Below, piece after piece: positions 1 to 9,875 of a stretch of DNA of 55,616 nt (position 1 is its first letter; every line of letters begins with the position of its first letter). The notes below the pieces were generated by a model. The model made no database searches and had not been told where the DNA came from. It saw only the letters and a program-made list of their open reading frames with translations. The DNA comes from Spirochaetales bacterium (lineage in GTDB: Bacteria; Spirochaetota; GWE2-31-10). The stretch spans positions 1-55,616 of the forward strand of contig JAFLVQ010000001.1 in the NCBI GenBank assembly GCA_022508205.1, read 5' to 3'. Made by a program: the position numbers and the translations under genes.

Positions 1-66
1 GCTGTGGATTATCCGTTTTACGAGGTCTGGGAAGATATTGACAAGGGAAATTACTTTCCTGATTGA
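1..66 (+). CDS. 3' end of an unidentified CDS cut by the window edge
   Basis: Frame 1 is open from the window edge to TGA at 64-66 (AVDYPFYEVWEDIDKGNYFPD*). Only 21 codons are visible, so no product can be assigned. Confidence 0.25.
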   Translation, partial: AVDYPFYEVWEDIDKGNYFPD

Positions 67-72
67 TATAAG

Positions 73-112
73 GGACAGACCCTAATACCAAAATAGGATA
101 AGGGTCTGTCCC
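73..112. repeat. Palindromic intergenic repeat, copy a (REP-like)
   Basis: Perfect 11-bp inverted repeat GGGACAGACCC (73-83) / GGGTCTGTCCC (102-112) with an 18-nt loop. It lies between convergent gene ends. Related copies sit at 46356-46396 and 49763-49803. Confidence 0.75.
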
Positions 113-138
113 TGTGTACAGCAAGAAACAAAACGCTT

Positions 139-2133
139 CTATACAATATTCCACTCTTTTTTGCGCTGTTCTATTTCATCCCGCAAAACCGCAGCTTTTT
201 CAAACTCAAGATTTTTTGCGCATTCAATCATTTCTGCTTTTAACTGTTTCAAATAATTTTTTCGCGCCGACGGATTAAGAAAATTATACTTCTTCTGCAT
301 TTCCGCCAGTTGGTCATTTTCCTCGCGCACTTCCAAATCTTTTTGCCGAACAAGAATATCTTCTACTTTCTTGCTGATCGTCTTAGGTACAATTCCATGC
401 TGCCGATTGTATTCCAATTGGATTTCTCTGCGCCGAACCGTTTCCGCAATCGCTTCTTTCATGGCATCGGATTCTCTGTCGGCATACATTATTACACGCC
501 CACCGACATTTCTGGCAGCACGTCCTATTGTTTGAATCAAAGATGTTGCAGAACGCAGAAACCCGATTTTATCAGCATCCATTATAGCGACAAGCGAAAC
601 TTCCGGCATATCAAGTCCTTCCCGCAGTAAATTTATACCAATCAAAACATCAAAATCACCCGCACGAAGCCCCTTTATTATTTCCACACGTTCAATCGTT
701 TCTATCTCAGAATGAAGATAACGAACTTTTATTCCGTGATTTGCAAGATATTCCGTTAAATCTTCCGCCATTTTTTTTGTCAATGTAGTAATCAATACAC
801 GCTCATTTTTTGCCGTAGTCTTACTGATTTCATTCATAATATCATCTATTTGAAATTCCGTAGGACGTACAAAAATTTCCGGATCAACAAGCCCGGTAGG
901 GCGAATGATTTGCTCTACAACTGCTCCCGAAATTTCCTTTTCTTCCTCACGAGGCGTCGCAGAAACAAAAATACACTGTGAAATAAGCGATTCAAATTCT
1001 TTATAATACAGTGGGCGGTTGTCAAGAGCTGACGGCAGACGAAACCCATACTCGATTAAAGCCTCCTTTCTTGCTTTATCACCGTTAGACATTCCTCCGA
1101 TTTGCGGAACAGAAACATGAGCTTCGTCAATAAACAGCAAAAAATCTTCAGGGAAAAAGTCGATAAGCGTCGAAGGTCTTTCGCCGGCTCCGCGATTGGC
1201 AAAATATCTCGAATAATTCTCAATTCCTTTGCAATACCCAATTTCACTGAGCATATCCAAGTCATATTCCGTTTTAGAACGAAGCCGCTGTGCTTCCAAA
1301 ATTCGATCCTGCGATTTAAACCACTCACAGCGCTCTTCCATTTCAGCCTTTATCTGCGGAATAATCGCATTTAACGCATCTTTACTGGTGACAAAATGTT
1401 TCGCCGGAAAAATTGTAATTTCGCGAATTTCTTCCAGTTCATTATTATTCATTATATCAAACCGCACAATTCTTTCGATTTCGTCGCCCCAAAACTCAAG
1501 CCGCACTCCGGTTTTTGAGTATGCGGGAAAAATGTCAATCACATCGCCGCGCACTCTGAACTTTGCCCGTTCAAAAACATCATCTTCTCTGGAATATTGA
1601 ATCTCTACTAAGCGCAAAAACAATTCTTTGCGCTCTATTTCATCTCCGACGTTCAATCTTATACTTAAATTTTTATAATCTTCGGGATTTCCCAGCCCAT
1701 AAATACAGCTTACCGTAGCAACAATAATTACATCCCGCCGATCCATCAGCGCACTTGTCGCATCAAGCCGCATCATTTCAATCTCATCATTTATACTTGC
1801 GTCTTTTTCTATATAAAGGTCGCGCGAGGCAATATAAGCTTCCGGTTGATAATAATCATAGTAAGAAACGAAATATTTTACTGCATTGTTCGGAAAAAAA
1901 TCTTTGAACTCACGGTACAACTGCGCTGCCAACGTTTTGTTATGCGCTAAAATCAGCGTCGGTTTTTGAACCTGTTCAATAACTTTTGCCATTGTATACG
2001 TTTTGCCGGAACCTGTTACTCCGAGAAGCGTTTGAAATTTCATACCAGATTTTAAATTAGCAGATAATTTCTCTATTGCCTGCGGCTGGTCGCCTCCGGG
2101 TGCAAAATCGCTTACTACTTTTAATTGCTGCAT
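139..2133 (-). CDS. uvrB: Excinuclease ABC subunit B
   Basis: 664 aa. Walker A GVTGSGKT, helicase motifs, and a C-terminal UVR domain (..LEFEKAAVLRDEI..). Full-length UvrB-like sequence. Confidence 0.95.
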   Translation of the reverse strand: MQQLKVVSDFAPGGDQPQAIEKLSANLKSGMKFQTLLGVTGSGKTYTMAKVIEQVQKPTLILAHNKTLAAQLYREFKDFFPNNAVKYFVSYYDYYQPEAYIASRDLYIEKDASINDEIEMMRLDATSALMDRRDVIIVATVSCIYGLGNPEDYKNLSIRLNVGDEIERKELFLRLVEIQYSREDDVFERAKFRVRGDVIDIFPAYSKTGVRLEFWGDEIERIVRFDIMNNNELEEIREITIFPAKHFVTSKDALNAIIPQIKAEMEERCEWFKSQDRILEAQRLRSKTEYDLDMLSEIGYCKGIENYSRYFANRGAGERPSTLIDFFPEDFLLFIDEAHVSVPQIGGMSNGDKARKEALIEYGFRLPSALDNRPLYYKEFESLISQCIFVSATPREEEKEISGAVVEQIIRPTGLVDPEIFVRPTEFQIDDIMNEISKTTAKNERVLITTLTKKMAEDLTEYLANHGIKVRYLHSEIETIERVEIIKGLRAGDFDVLIGINLLREGLDMPEVSLVAIMDADKIGFLRSATSLIQTIGRAARNVGGRVIMYADRESDAMKEAIAETVRRREIQLEYNRQHGIVPKTISKKVEDILVRQKDLEVREENDQLAEMQKKYNFLNPSARKNYLKQLKAEMIECAKNLEFEKAAVLRDEIEQRKKEWNIV

Positions 2134-2192
2134 TGCGGACTCCTTTGTTCCGCATTGTACTTCACAAATTATTTTATACCAATAGCTTAAAT

Positions 2193-2219
2193 AAAAAAAA
2201 GCCCCGATTATCTCGAGGC
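2193..2219 (-). terminator. Rho-independent terminator after the V-ATPase operon
   Basis: On the minus strand, GCCUCG-agauaau-CGGGGC forms a 6-bp stem including one G-U pair, followed by U8 (plus-strand A8 at 2193-2200). It lies 25 nt downstream of the subunit K stop. Confidence 0.55.
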
Positions 2220-2243
2220 TTTCATCAATTTTAAAAATCGAAA

Positions 2244-2696
2244 TTAAGCTGCAATACCATTCATCAAGATACTTGCAACCAAAGCAAGAATTGCATAAAA
2301 TTCTGGGAATGCGGCAAAAATCATTGTATTACCGAATACATTGTGACCTGACCCGATAGCATTGATACCTGATGCGCAAACTTTTGCCTGATACATAGCT
2401 GAGATTAAACCAACCAAACCTACTGCAATACCTGATGCCAAGCATAATGCTCCAGCCAAAACTCCTGTGCTTTCATTTATAGAACCAGACCAAATGATAT
2501 AACTAACAAAACCATACAATCCCTGTGTTGCCGGAAGAGCTGCCAAAACCATGTAAGAACCAAAACCTTCCGGTTTTTTCTTTAAAGCTCCGACTGCTGC
2601 ACTACCTGCGGAACTTGTACCGAATGCAGAACCGCAGCCTGCCAAACCAACCATAAACGCCAAACCAATTCCTGCTAAAACTAATCCTAATGTCAT
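2244..2696 (-). CDS. atpK: V-type ATP synthase proteolipid subunit K
   Basis: 150 aa, Gly/Ala-rich and very hydrophobic, with a four-helix pattern. Last gene of the V-ATPase operon. Confidence 0.85.
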   Translation of the reverse strand: MTLGLVLAGIGLAFMVGLAGCGSAFGTSSAGSAAVGALKKKPEGFGSYMVLAALPATQGLYGFVSYIIWSGSINESTGVLAGALCLASGIAVGLVGLISAMYQAKVCASGINAIGSGHNVFGNTMIFAAFPEFYAILALVASILMNGIAA

Positions 2697-2713
2697 TATA
2701 GAACTCCTTAAAG

Positions 2714-4633
2714 TTAATTATTATTTTTTGATGCTTTATTACTAAAAGGGATAAACGGTTTTCCGCCCCCATTGAAGCCAACGGCTTTATAAAATTCAAC
2801 AAATGTCAAACGCAACGGATGCACAAATGAACCGATTGCATTCAATAAAAAATTCAGTGTATGACCGACAATCATTACCACTATTGTCAGCACAATTCCA
2901 CCGGGGAAAACGTCTTTTAACATTAATGCAATATTATTAAATGCCGCACCTAAAAGTCCGCCGGCAAGTCCCAATGCAAACAAACGTATGTATGAAAGCA
3001 AATCGCTTAACAGCCCTGTTATGATATTGTACAGTTCCCACAAACCGGCAACCGGACGAATAAAAATATTCTTTTCGATGTTATTAAACAGCAAAACCAA
3101 TACAACCCCGACAGCGACAAAAATCGTCATCAGTTTTACCAAACCGGCAATTGTTCCTCCGCCGACAGCAAGCAGCCAGCTTCCCAAAGGTATCGGACCA
3201 ATCAAAAATTTTTTAAAATGATCTTCATCTATCGGTTTGTACATCCATACCATTACAAGGGCAACAGCACCGAGCATTATCAAAATCGTACCGATAGGCT
3301 GAAATAATCCCTGCCAGCCGCAGTTTTTGCAACGATTATACGCATTTAAAATATATCCCAACAGCAGCTGAGCAACACCCAAGAGTATAGCAAATATCAT
3401 AGGACCGGTACGGTCATCCGGATTGCTGAAAGTCACGTAATTTTTCACCGATTCAAAAATCGGCATTCCGGCGTTTCCTTTATTCGTTATAATATTTGTT
3501 CCGAAAAAGCCGTTAAGCATAAATCCGGCAATACCTGTACAGATTCCAAGTATCAATCCAAGTTTTACTATGTTCCTCACGCTCTTGTTTTTTACTTTTA
3601 ATAAAGCAAAAAGACAAATCAGTACAATTATCAGCCCGTACCCCAAATCGCCCAAACAAATCCCAAAGAAAAATGCAAAGAATGGAGCAAAAAACGGAAC
3701 AACATCAAGCTCGAAATAATCCGGCAAACTAAATAAATTTCCCACCGGCTCAAACAAACTCGCAAGTTTTCCGTTTTTCAATTTAATAGGAGTTACGTCT
3801 TCGGTTGTAGGATCTTCCATTAAATACGCAACATCTTCCTTTTCAAGAAAATCTCTTATTTTATCCTCTTGTTTTGCCGGGAAAAATCCCGTAATTACAA
3901 GAACTTTTCCGTCAACTTCGGATGACAAACTTTCCGACGCAATCTGATAATGAAGCAAATCTTCCTGTTTTACCATCTCATCTTCAATCAACGGCAAAAG
4001 TCCTGCCATATTTTTCAGTGCATCTTCGGATTGTTTTATCGACGTATCAACTTCATCTATACGCTGCTGCACTTCCGTCAAATTTCTGTCGGGAATACTG
4101 CATTCGGTTCCATAAATCTGCTGAAGTTCATTTTCATCTTTGTAAAAGACAACAAAGTAAACTTCCGAACCTTCCGCATAAATTTCCTCGCAAACCACAT
4201 CCGCTGAAATCTTCGCGAAATTTTTTCTTGAAGCAAGATAAATTTTTATGTTTATTCTGCTTGCTTCAAGTGCTTTCAGAACATCCTTATCGAAATTCCC
4301 AAACGGAATAACTGCACTTTTTTCTTTTTTCAGATTCTCGCGTTCAGCAAGAAGAGAATCCAATTCATTCTTCTTATTTTCAAAATCATGCAATAAAGCA
4401 AAAATTTCGCCGTCGATTCTTCTTGCAACTGCATCTTCTTTCGCATAAGACCCAAGAATTTTTTTAGCTCTTGACAGTCTTACTATTTTATCTCTGGTTT
4501 CGGATAATTCTTCCGACTGTGCACTGTTATTCGTTTCAAGATGCATCATGCCAAGAGATTGAAGTTCGCTCAAGAATTTATCTTTAGAGGAATGATAAAT
4601 AAGCAATGTCGCTTTCTTCATTTTTTCTATCAT
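2714..4633 (-). CDS. atpI: V-type ATP synthase subunit I (a-type stator/proton channel)
   Basis: 639 aa. Soluble coiled-coil N-terminal half and polytopic C-terminal half carrying LSYIRLFALGLAGG (conserved channel Arg region). Confidence 0.85.
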   Translation of the reverse strand: MIEKMKKATLLIYHSSKDKFLSELQSLGMMHLETNNSAQSEELSETRDKIVRLSRAKKILGSYAKEDAVARRIDGEIFALLHDFENKKNELDSLLAERENLKKEKSAVIPFGNFDKDVLKALEASRINIKIYLASRKNFAKISADVVCEEIYAEGSEVYFVVFYKDENELQQIYGTECSIPDRNLTEVQQRIDEVDTSIKQSEDALKNMAGLLPLIEDEMVKQEDLLHYQIASESLSSEVDGKVLVITGFFPAKQEDKIRDFLEKEDVAYLMEDPTTEDVTPIKLKNGKLASLFEPVGNLFSLPDYFELDVVPFFAPFFAFFFGICLGDLGYGLIIVLICLFALLKVKNKSVRNIVKLGLILGICTGIAGFMLNGFFGTNIITNKGNAGMPIFESVKNYVTFSNPDDRTGPMIFAILLGVAQLLLGYILNAYNRCKNCGWQGLFQPIGTILIMLGAVALVMVWMYKPIDEDHFKKFLIGPIPLGSWLLAVGGGTIAGLVKLMTIFVAVGVVLVLLFNNIEKNIFIRPVAGLWELYNIITGLLSDLLSYIRLFALGLAGGLLGAAFNNIALMLKDVFPGGIVLTIVVMIVGHTLNFLLNAIGSFVHPLRLTFVEFYKAVGFNGGGKPFIPFSNKASKNNN

Positions 4634-4637
4634 GCTT

Positions 4638-5240
4638 TTATCCCTCCTTTACCATAGTTGCCTGCCTTTGCTTTGTAATTTTCTGGCTGGCTTTTTCAAG
4701 ATTATCAACATCTTCCAAGTATCTCTTAATTTTACGAATCGCTTCCGAAAATTCGGGAATCTGCACTTTTTCATAAAGATTTACTTTTTGAGTAGTTTTC
4801 TTTCTGGCATATTCCAAAATTTCAAGCTTCTTCTCCGCAATTTCCATACGGCAAATAATTTCCGTAATCTGTTTCAATATTACAATTCCGCCATTAAGCC
4901 AAACCGGACTTGCAAAACGAGAAAAGTTAGCGACTTCGTAATCAATTTGCTTTAATTCCGGAGTTTTTACACCCGCAATTTTCACAACGTTGAGAATTAC
5001 TTTTTTCAGGCTGAAAATCTCTTCGGGAAATTCACTCCACAATTTCATTAATCCCATCAAGCTGTCCATCTTTTCCTGATACGATTCATTCAAACTGCGA
5101 AGTACTTCCTTCTGTTTTTTTACTGTAAGCCTCAATGCAGACTCTTTACTTTTAATTGTAGGCAAGGCATTTTGTCTTATCTTCAATTGCTTATTCAAAC
5201 TCTGCATTGAAATCTTATTAAACTGATATTTTATCGCCAT
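4638..5240 (-). CDS. atpD: V-type ATP synthase subunit D
   Basis: 200 aa, helical and basic. Sits between B and I as in bacterial V/A-type operons. Confidence 0.8.
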   Translation of the reverse strand: MAIKYQFNKISMQSLNKQLKIRQNALPTIKSKESALRLTVKKQKEVLRSLNESYQEKMDSLMGLMKLWSEFPEEIFSLKKVILNVVKIAGVKTPELKQIDYEVANFSRFASPVWLNGGIVILKQITEIICRMEIAEKKLEILEYARKKTTQKVNLYEKVQIPEFSEAIRKIKRYLEDVDNLEKASQKITKQRQATMVKEG

Positions 5241-5283
5241 TAAAAGATCTCCTTATACGTCGAACACTTCGGCATACCGAAAA

Positions 5284-6606
5284 CTAATTGCCCTTCCAAT
5301 ACTTATCCATCAAGTTTTGTTTAATACTTACTTCCGTAGGTTTAAAGTATTTTCCGAATAACCCCCATGTAGTATCAAGCATTTCGTCAACGTCGATATT
5401 TACATCAATTGCAAGCAATTTAGTTGAATATTCAGATGCAAACTTGATGCAGCGTTCATCATAATCACTCAAATCAAATCCGTTATCACGTTTTGTTTTT
5501 GCATTGGATGCATCGTTATACAAACGCACCGCCGTATTCATAACCTGCGGATGATCTTCTCTTGTTTTTTTGCCGATTACAAGCTGTTTTAATCGAGAAA
5601 GAGATCTGAATGGGTCAATGATTACTTTATTAACATCCGTATCTTTTCTCAGGAACAACTGACCTTCTGTAATATAACCGGTGTTATCAGGTATCGCATG
5701 AGTAATATCACCGCCGTTAAGCGTAGTTACGGCAATAATCGTTATAGAACCTCCGGCAGGAAACTGCACTGCTTTTTCATAAATTTTAGCCAAATCAGAA
5801 TACAAAGAACCCGGCATTGAGTCTTTAGAAGGGATCTGATCCATTTTGTTGGATACAATCGCCAACGCATCCGCGTACAATGTCATATCGGTAAGCAGCA
5901 CAAGAACTTTTTCATTCTTATCTACCGCAAAATATTCCGCAGCGGTTAATGCCATATCAGGCACAAGCAATCGTTCTACTGACGGGTCATCAGTTGTATT
6001 GATAAACGAAATAATTTTATCCAGCGCACCGGCATTATCAAACAACTGCTTAAAATATAAGTAGTCATCATTTGAAAGTCCCATACCGCCGAGAATAATT
6101 TTATCGGCTTCGGCACGCAGCGCTACATTAGCCATAACTTGGTTGTAAGGCTGATCCGAATCGGCAAAAAACGGTATTTTCTGACCGGTTACAAGTGTAT
6201 TGTTCATATCGATACCGGCAATCCCGGTTTTAATCAATTCCGACGGCTGTTTTCTTCGCACCGGATTAACAGACGGGCCACCGATTTCACGTTCTTCGCC
6301 TTCTATTGACGGACCTCCGTCGATTGGATCTCCATAAGCATTGAAGAATCTTCCCGAAAGCTCTTCCGATACTTTCAATACAGGCGGTTTTCCTGTAAAT
6401 ACAACTTCCGCATTTGTAGCAATACCTTCGGTTCCCTGAAAAACCTGCAAAGTAACTTCATTTCCTTCAAGTTTTACTACCTGAGCAGGTTTTCCGTCAA
6501 CAAATGCCAATTCATCATTTCCGATTCCTTCAGCCGTCAACGTACAAGTTGCCTTAGTAATCTTATTGATTTTTGTATAAATTTTTTGAAATGCTTGTCC
6601 CTGCAT
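5284..6606 (-). CDS. atpB: V-type ATP synthase subunit B (non-catalytic)
   Basis: 440 aa with strong V/A-type B subunit character (..PGSLYSDLAKIYE.., ..ITEGQLFL..). Its start overlaps the stop of subunit A at 6606. Confidence 0.95.
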   Translation of the reverse strand: MQGQAFQKIYTKINKITKATCTLTAEGIGNDELAFVDGKPAQVVKLEGNEVTLQVFQGTEGIATNAEVVFTGKPPVLKVSEELSGRFFNAYGDPIDGGPSIEGEEREIGGPSVNPVRRKQPSELIKTGIAGIDMNNTLVTGQKIPFFADSDQPYNQVMANVALRAEADKIILGGMGLSNDDYLYFKQLFDNAGALDKIISFINTTDDPSVERLLVPDMALTAAEYFAVDKNEKVLVLLTDMTLYADALAIVSNKMDQIPSKDSMPGSLYSDLAKIYEKAVQFPAGGSITIIAVTTLNGGDITHAIPDNTGYITEGQLFLRKDTDVNKVIIDPFRSLSRLKQLVIGKKTREDHPQVMNTAVRLYNDASNAKTKRDNGFDLSDYDERCIKFASEYSTKLLAIDVNIDVDEMLDTTWGLFGKYFKPTEVSIKQNLMDKYWKGN

Positions 6607-8360
6607 TATTTAACCCTCCTGCTGTCTACAAATTCTCTAATCTGCTTTTCATACTTAGTAAAGTTATCAGAAGGGAATTCGGAATAATTCATCTGTTTGA
6701 AGGTATTTATCAATTCTTTGAAATAAGGTGAAACTTCTTCAAATGCCTCAAATTCAAAATCCGTACTGCATACTTCCATAACCAATTCAAGCATATATTT
6801 TTGACGTTTTAATGGAGTTATAGAGTCAATTGCATCAAAAGCATCCTGCTGCATTAAAATAAAATCGATTAACTCGGCTTTCCAAAACACAATATGATAA
6901 TCAACCGGAACTCCGTCATCACCTAAAATATCGATTTGATCTTTTGTTTCTTTTCCTCTTAAAACCCAGTTCTTTGCATCCAATACCAAATCAACCCATT
7001 TGTCGGAAACGTTGTTTTTAAAATATTCCTGCATTTCAGGATATTCCAAATATTTTGAATACGAATCAATCGGGTCAACAGCCGGATAACGTTTAGAATC
7101 GGCTCTTGCCTGCTGCAGTGCATAAAAACAACGAGCAGCTTTTTTTGTAGATTCGGTAACTGGTTCTTTTAAGTTACCGCCGGCCGGAGATACAGTACCG
7201 ATGAATGTTACGGAACCGGTACTTCCGTTGTTCAAATAAACCATTCCGGCACGGGAATAGAAAGATGAAATGATAGCAGTCAAATCCATTGGGAACGCAT
7301 CCTGACCCGGAAGCTCTTCCAAACGGTTAGACATTTCACGCAACGCCTGCGCCCAACGAGATGTAGAATCGGCAAGCAACAGCACTTTCAAGCCCATTTG
7401 ACGATAATATTCACCGATTGTCATCGCTGTATAAACAGACGCTTCACGGGCTGCAACAGGCATGTTCGATGTATTACAAATAATTAATGTTCTTTCCATT
7501 AATTTTCTGCCGGTTCTTGGATCCACAAGTTCGGGGAATTCAGTAAAAATTTCTACTACTTCATTTGCACGTTCACCGCAAGCCGCAAAAATGATTATAT
7601 CAGCTTCGGCATTTTTTGAAATTGCATGCTGCAATACCGTTTTACCGCAGCCGAAAGGTCCCGGAATAAATCCTGTACCGCCTTCAGCCATAGGATTGAA
7701 AATATCAATTACACGTACACCTGTTTCCATAATTTTCGATGGACGAGGTTTTTCTTTGTAATTTTTTATTGCCCGTTTAACCGGCCATTTTTGAGTCATT
7801 GTAACTTTTTCTTCGTTGCCTTTCTCATCAGTAAGAACTGCAATTGTATCATAAATACCGTATTCTCCGGCAGCAGCAACGGATTTGACAGTGTATTTTC
7901 CTTCAAGTTTAAAAGGAACCATAATTTTATGGTCAACCCAACCTTCTTTTACACTTCCAAGCCAATCCGAAGCTCTTACGGCGTCTCCCGCTTTTGCAAT
8001 AGGCGAAAACGCAAATTTTCTGTCCTTATCCAAAGGTTCGGTATACTCGCCTCTTTTTAAGAACACGCCGTCTTTTTTATCCAAATCACTTTCAAGACCG
8101 TCAAAGTTTTTAGAAAGCAATCCCGGACCAAGCTCAACTTCCAGCATGTGACCAACAAATTCCACATCTGTTCCGACTTTCAGCCCTCTGGTACTTTCAT
8201 ATACCTGCGCATAAGCTATATTTCCAATAATTTTAATAACTTCAGCCATTAATTTTGTTGCACCAAGCAAAACATAACAAATCTCGTTTTGTCCTACCGG
8301 TCCGTTTACTTCAACAGTAACCAAGTTACCAACAACTCCCGTTACTTTACCCTTCGTCAT
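6606..8360 (-). CDS. atpA: V-type ATP synthase catalytic subunit A
   Basis: 584 aa. Walker A GPFGCGKTV, the non-homologous insert typical of V/A-type A subunits, and LADSTSRWAQALRE. Confidence 0.95.
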   Translation of the reverse strand: MTKGKVTGVVGNLVTVEVNGPVGQNEICYVLLGATKLMAEVIKIIGNIAYAQVYESTRGLKVGTDVEFVGHMLEVELGPGLLSKNFDGLESDLDKKDGVFLKRGEYTEPLDKDRKFAFSPIAKAGDAVRASDWLGSVKEGWVDHKIMVPFKLEGKYTVKSVAAAGEYGIYDTIAVLTDEKGNEEKVTMTQKWPVKRAIKNYKEKPRPSKIMETGVRVIDIFNPMAEGGTGFIPGPFGCGKTVLQHAISKNAEADIIIFAACGERANEVVEIFTEFPELVDPRTGRKLMERTLIICNTSNMPVAAREASVYTAMTIGEYYRQMGLKVLLLADSTSRWAQALREMSNRLEELPGQDAFPMDLTAIISSFYSRAGMVYLNNGSTGSVTFIGTVSPAGGNLKEPVTESTKKAARCFYALQQARADSKRYPAVDPIDSYSKYLEYPEMQEYFKNNVSDKWVDLVLDAKNWVLRGKETKDQIDILGDDGVPVDYHIVFWKAELIDFILMQQDAFDAIDSITPLKRQKYMLELVMEVCSTDFEFEAFEEVSPYFKELINTFKQMNYSEFPSDNFTKYEKQIREFVDSRRVK

Positions 8361-9187
8361 TATCTTTTACCTCCGGATTTTAAAAATTCGTCAGAGAAAA
8401 CAATCCCTGATTTGATTTTATCTATCAGTTTATCAAGCATATTTTTTCCAGAAACATCTGTTAATTTGTGCCATCTTTCTACTGATGAAAGTTTTACTGC
8501 GTATGCAATAATAAATTTAAATGAGAAATAATCATTTCCTACTTCATTATCCAACCATTTCCAACGTACTTTATTTACCAGCAGTTCTGTTGCGATAATG
8601 TTGCCTTCATTTACCGAATTCACAATAACTTCAATATCAGGCAACGAATTTTCTATATTCATTGTCTTTGACAATCGTTCATAGGAATCACCGAAAGGAA
8701 CAAGATATTCTTTGAAATCCATATTATCTTTTTTCATATTCAGAAAAGTCAATGTATTTCGCAAATCAAGTTCAAAACGGAAATAATCGGTTATAAAACG
8801 ATTTTTACTCAATGTTTCGAGATTTTCATAAAAAAGAGCAAACAGTTCATCGGTTTCCTGCAGTTCAGGATAATCTCTTTTACCTGCTTTTTTATTACTG
8901 AAATAAGTTGCGAGAAAAGGGAAAAAATCATCGGTATCTTTAAGATTTTCCAAAAAAGTTTCCCGTGTATAAAAAGCTGGATAAATATAAGGGGATGAAT
9001 CTCCTGAATTGTTTTTTACAACATTGAGAATGTCATTAAATATAAAAACCTTTTTTAATTCCAGAAACTCTTTTTCCGATAACTGGCTTTCACAAAAATC
9101 GAGAAAATCGGTCAATGAAGGAAGTTTTTTCTGTGAATCAAGTTCCAAATCATGAAGACTTGATATCAGATAAAAATATTCTTTCAC
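8360..9187 (-). CDS. DUF2764-like protein occupying the subunit C/d position of the V-ATPase operon
   Basis: 275 aa. Translationally coupled between E and A (shares 8360 with the atpA start). Assigned from operon position and my recollection of Bacteroidetes/spirochaete-type V-ATPase operons. No motif check was possible. Confidence 0.55.
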   Translation of the reverse strand: MKEYFYLISSLHDLELDSQKKLPSLTDFLDFCESQLSEKEFLELKKVFIFNDILNVVKNNSGDSSPYIYPAFYTRETFLENLKDTDDFFPFLATYFSNKKAGKRDYPELQETDELFALFYENLETLSKNRFITDYFRFELDLRNTLTFLNMKKDNMDFKEYLVPFGDSYERLSKTMNIENSLPDIEVIVNSVNEGNIIATELLVNKVRWKWLDNEVGNDYFSFKFIIAYAVKLSSVERWHKLTDVSGKNMLDKLIDKIKSGIVFSDEFLKSGGKR

Positions 9188-9189
9188 TG

Positions 9190-9798
9190 TTATGCTCCCG
9201 GGAAGAGAATTTTTTTAGCTTTCGGTCTTAAAAATGACTGGAAAAAGTTCACAAAGTCATCTTCCGTAAAAGATAAAACGTATGAACCGTCTTTCGGCGC
9301 AATCTTAAATCCGCCGGACATTCTGTTTTCAAATTTCAGCTCCATTCCTTTATTTAAAAAGGAAGCCATTTCTTTTTTGAAAAACGCTTCAAATTCTTTT
9401 TGAGATTTTTCTGGCAGAATTAAATTCAAGTTCATTTCTTCCGAACCCATTTTAGCGGCAACAATTTTAACTACATCCGCAATTAATTCTTTACTTTTCA
9501 CAACTTCGCAAACATCTGCCGATATAGTGTTTTTTGCAAGAATTGCTACCATTTCCTGCTTCAATAAAGACATAGCCTGTTCTCCGGCAACTTTTATTTC
9601 AGCATTTGTTTTCTGCTGCAGCAATTCATTCTCTTTCTTTGCGTTAGCTATTAAAGCTTCGGCTTCTTTTTTTGCATCTGCTAAAATCTGTGCGGCTTCT
9701 TTCTTTGCATTATCAACTAATGCTTTTGCTTCACTCTTAGCTTTTTCGATTCCATCTTGATAAATCTTTTGTGTCAGTTCTTGCAATTTAGATTCCAT
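9190..9798 (-). CDS. atpE: V-type ATP synthase subunit E
   Basis: 202 aa. Long Ala/Lys/Glu-rich N-terminal helix followed by a globular C-terminus. First gene of the operon. Confidence 0.7.
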   Translation of the reverse strand: MESKLQELTQKIYQDGIEKAKSEAKALVDNAKKEAAQILADAKKEAEALIANAKKENELLQQKTNAEIKVAGEQAMSLLKQEMVAILAKNTISADVCEVVKSKELIADVVKIVAAKMGSEEMNLNLILPEKSQKEFEAFFKKEMASFLNKGMELKFENRMSGGFKIAPKDGSYVLSFTEDDFVNFFQSFLRPKAKKILFPGA

Positions 9799-9875
9799 CG
9801 ACCAACCCCTTTTTTAAAAATATTATTCAGCATAATAGAAAAAAAATTTCAAAAATCAATATTTTTCTATTTTTT

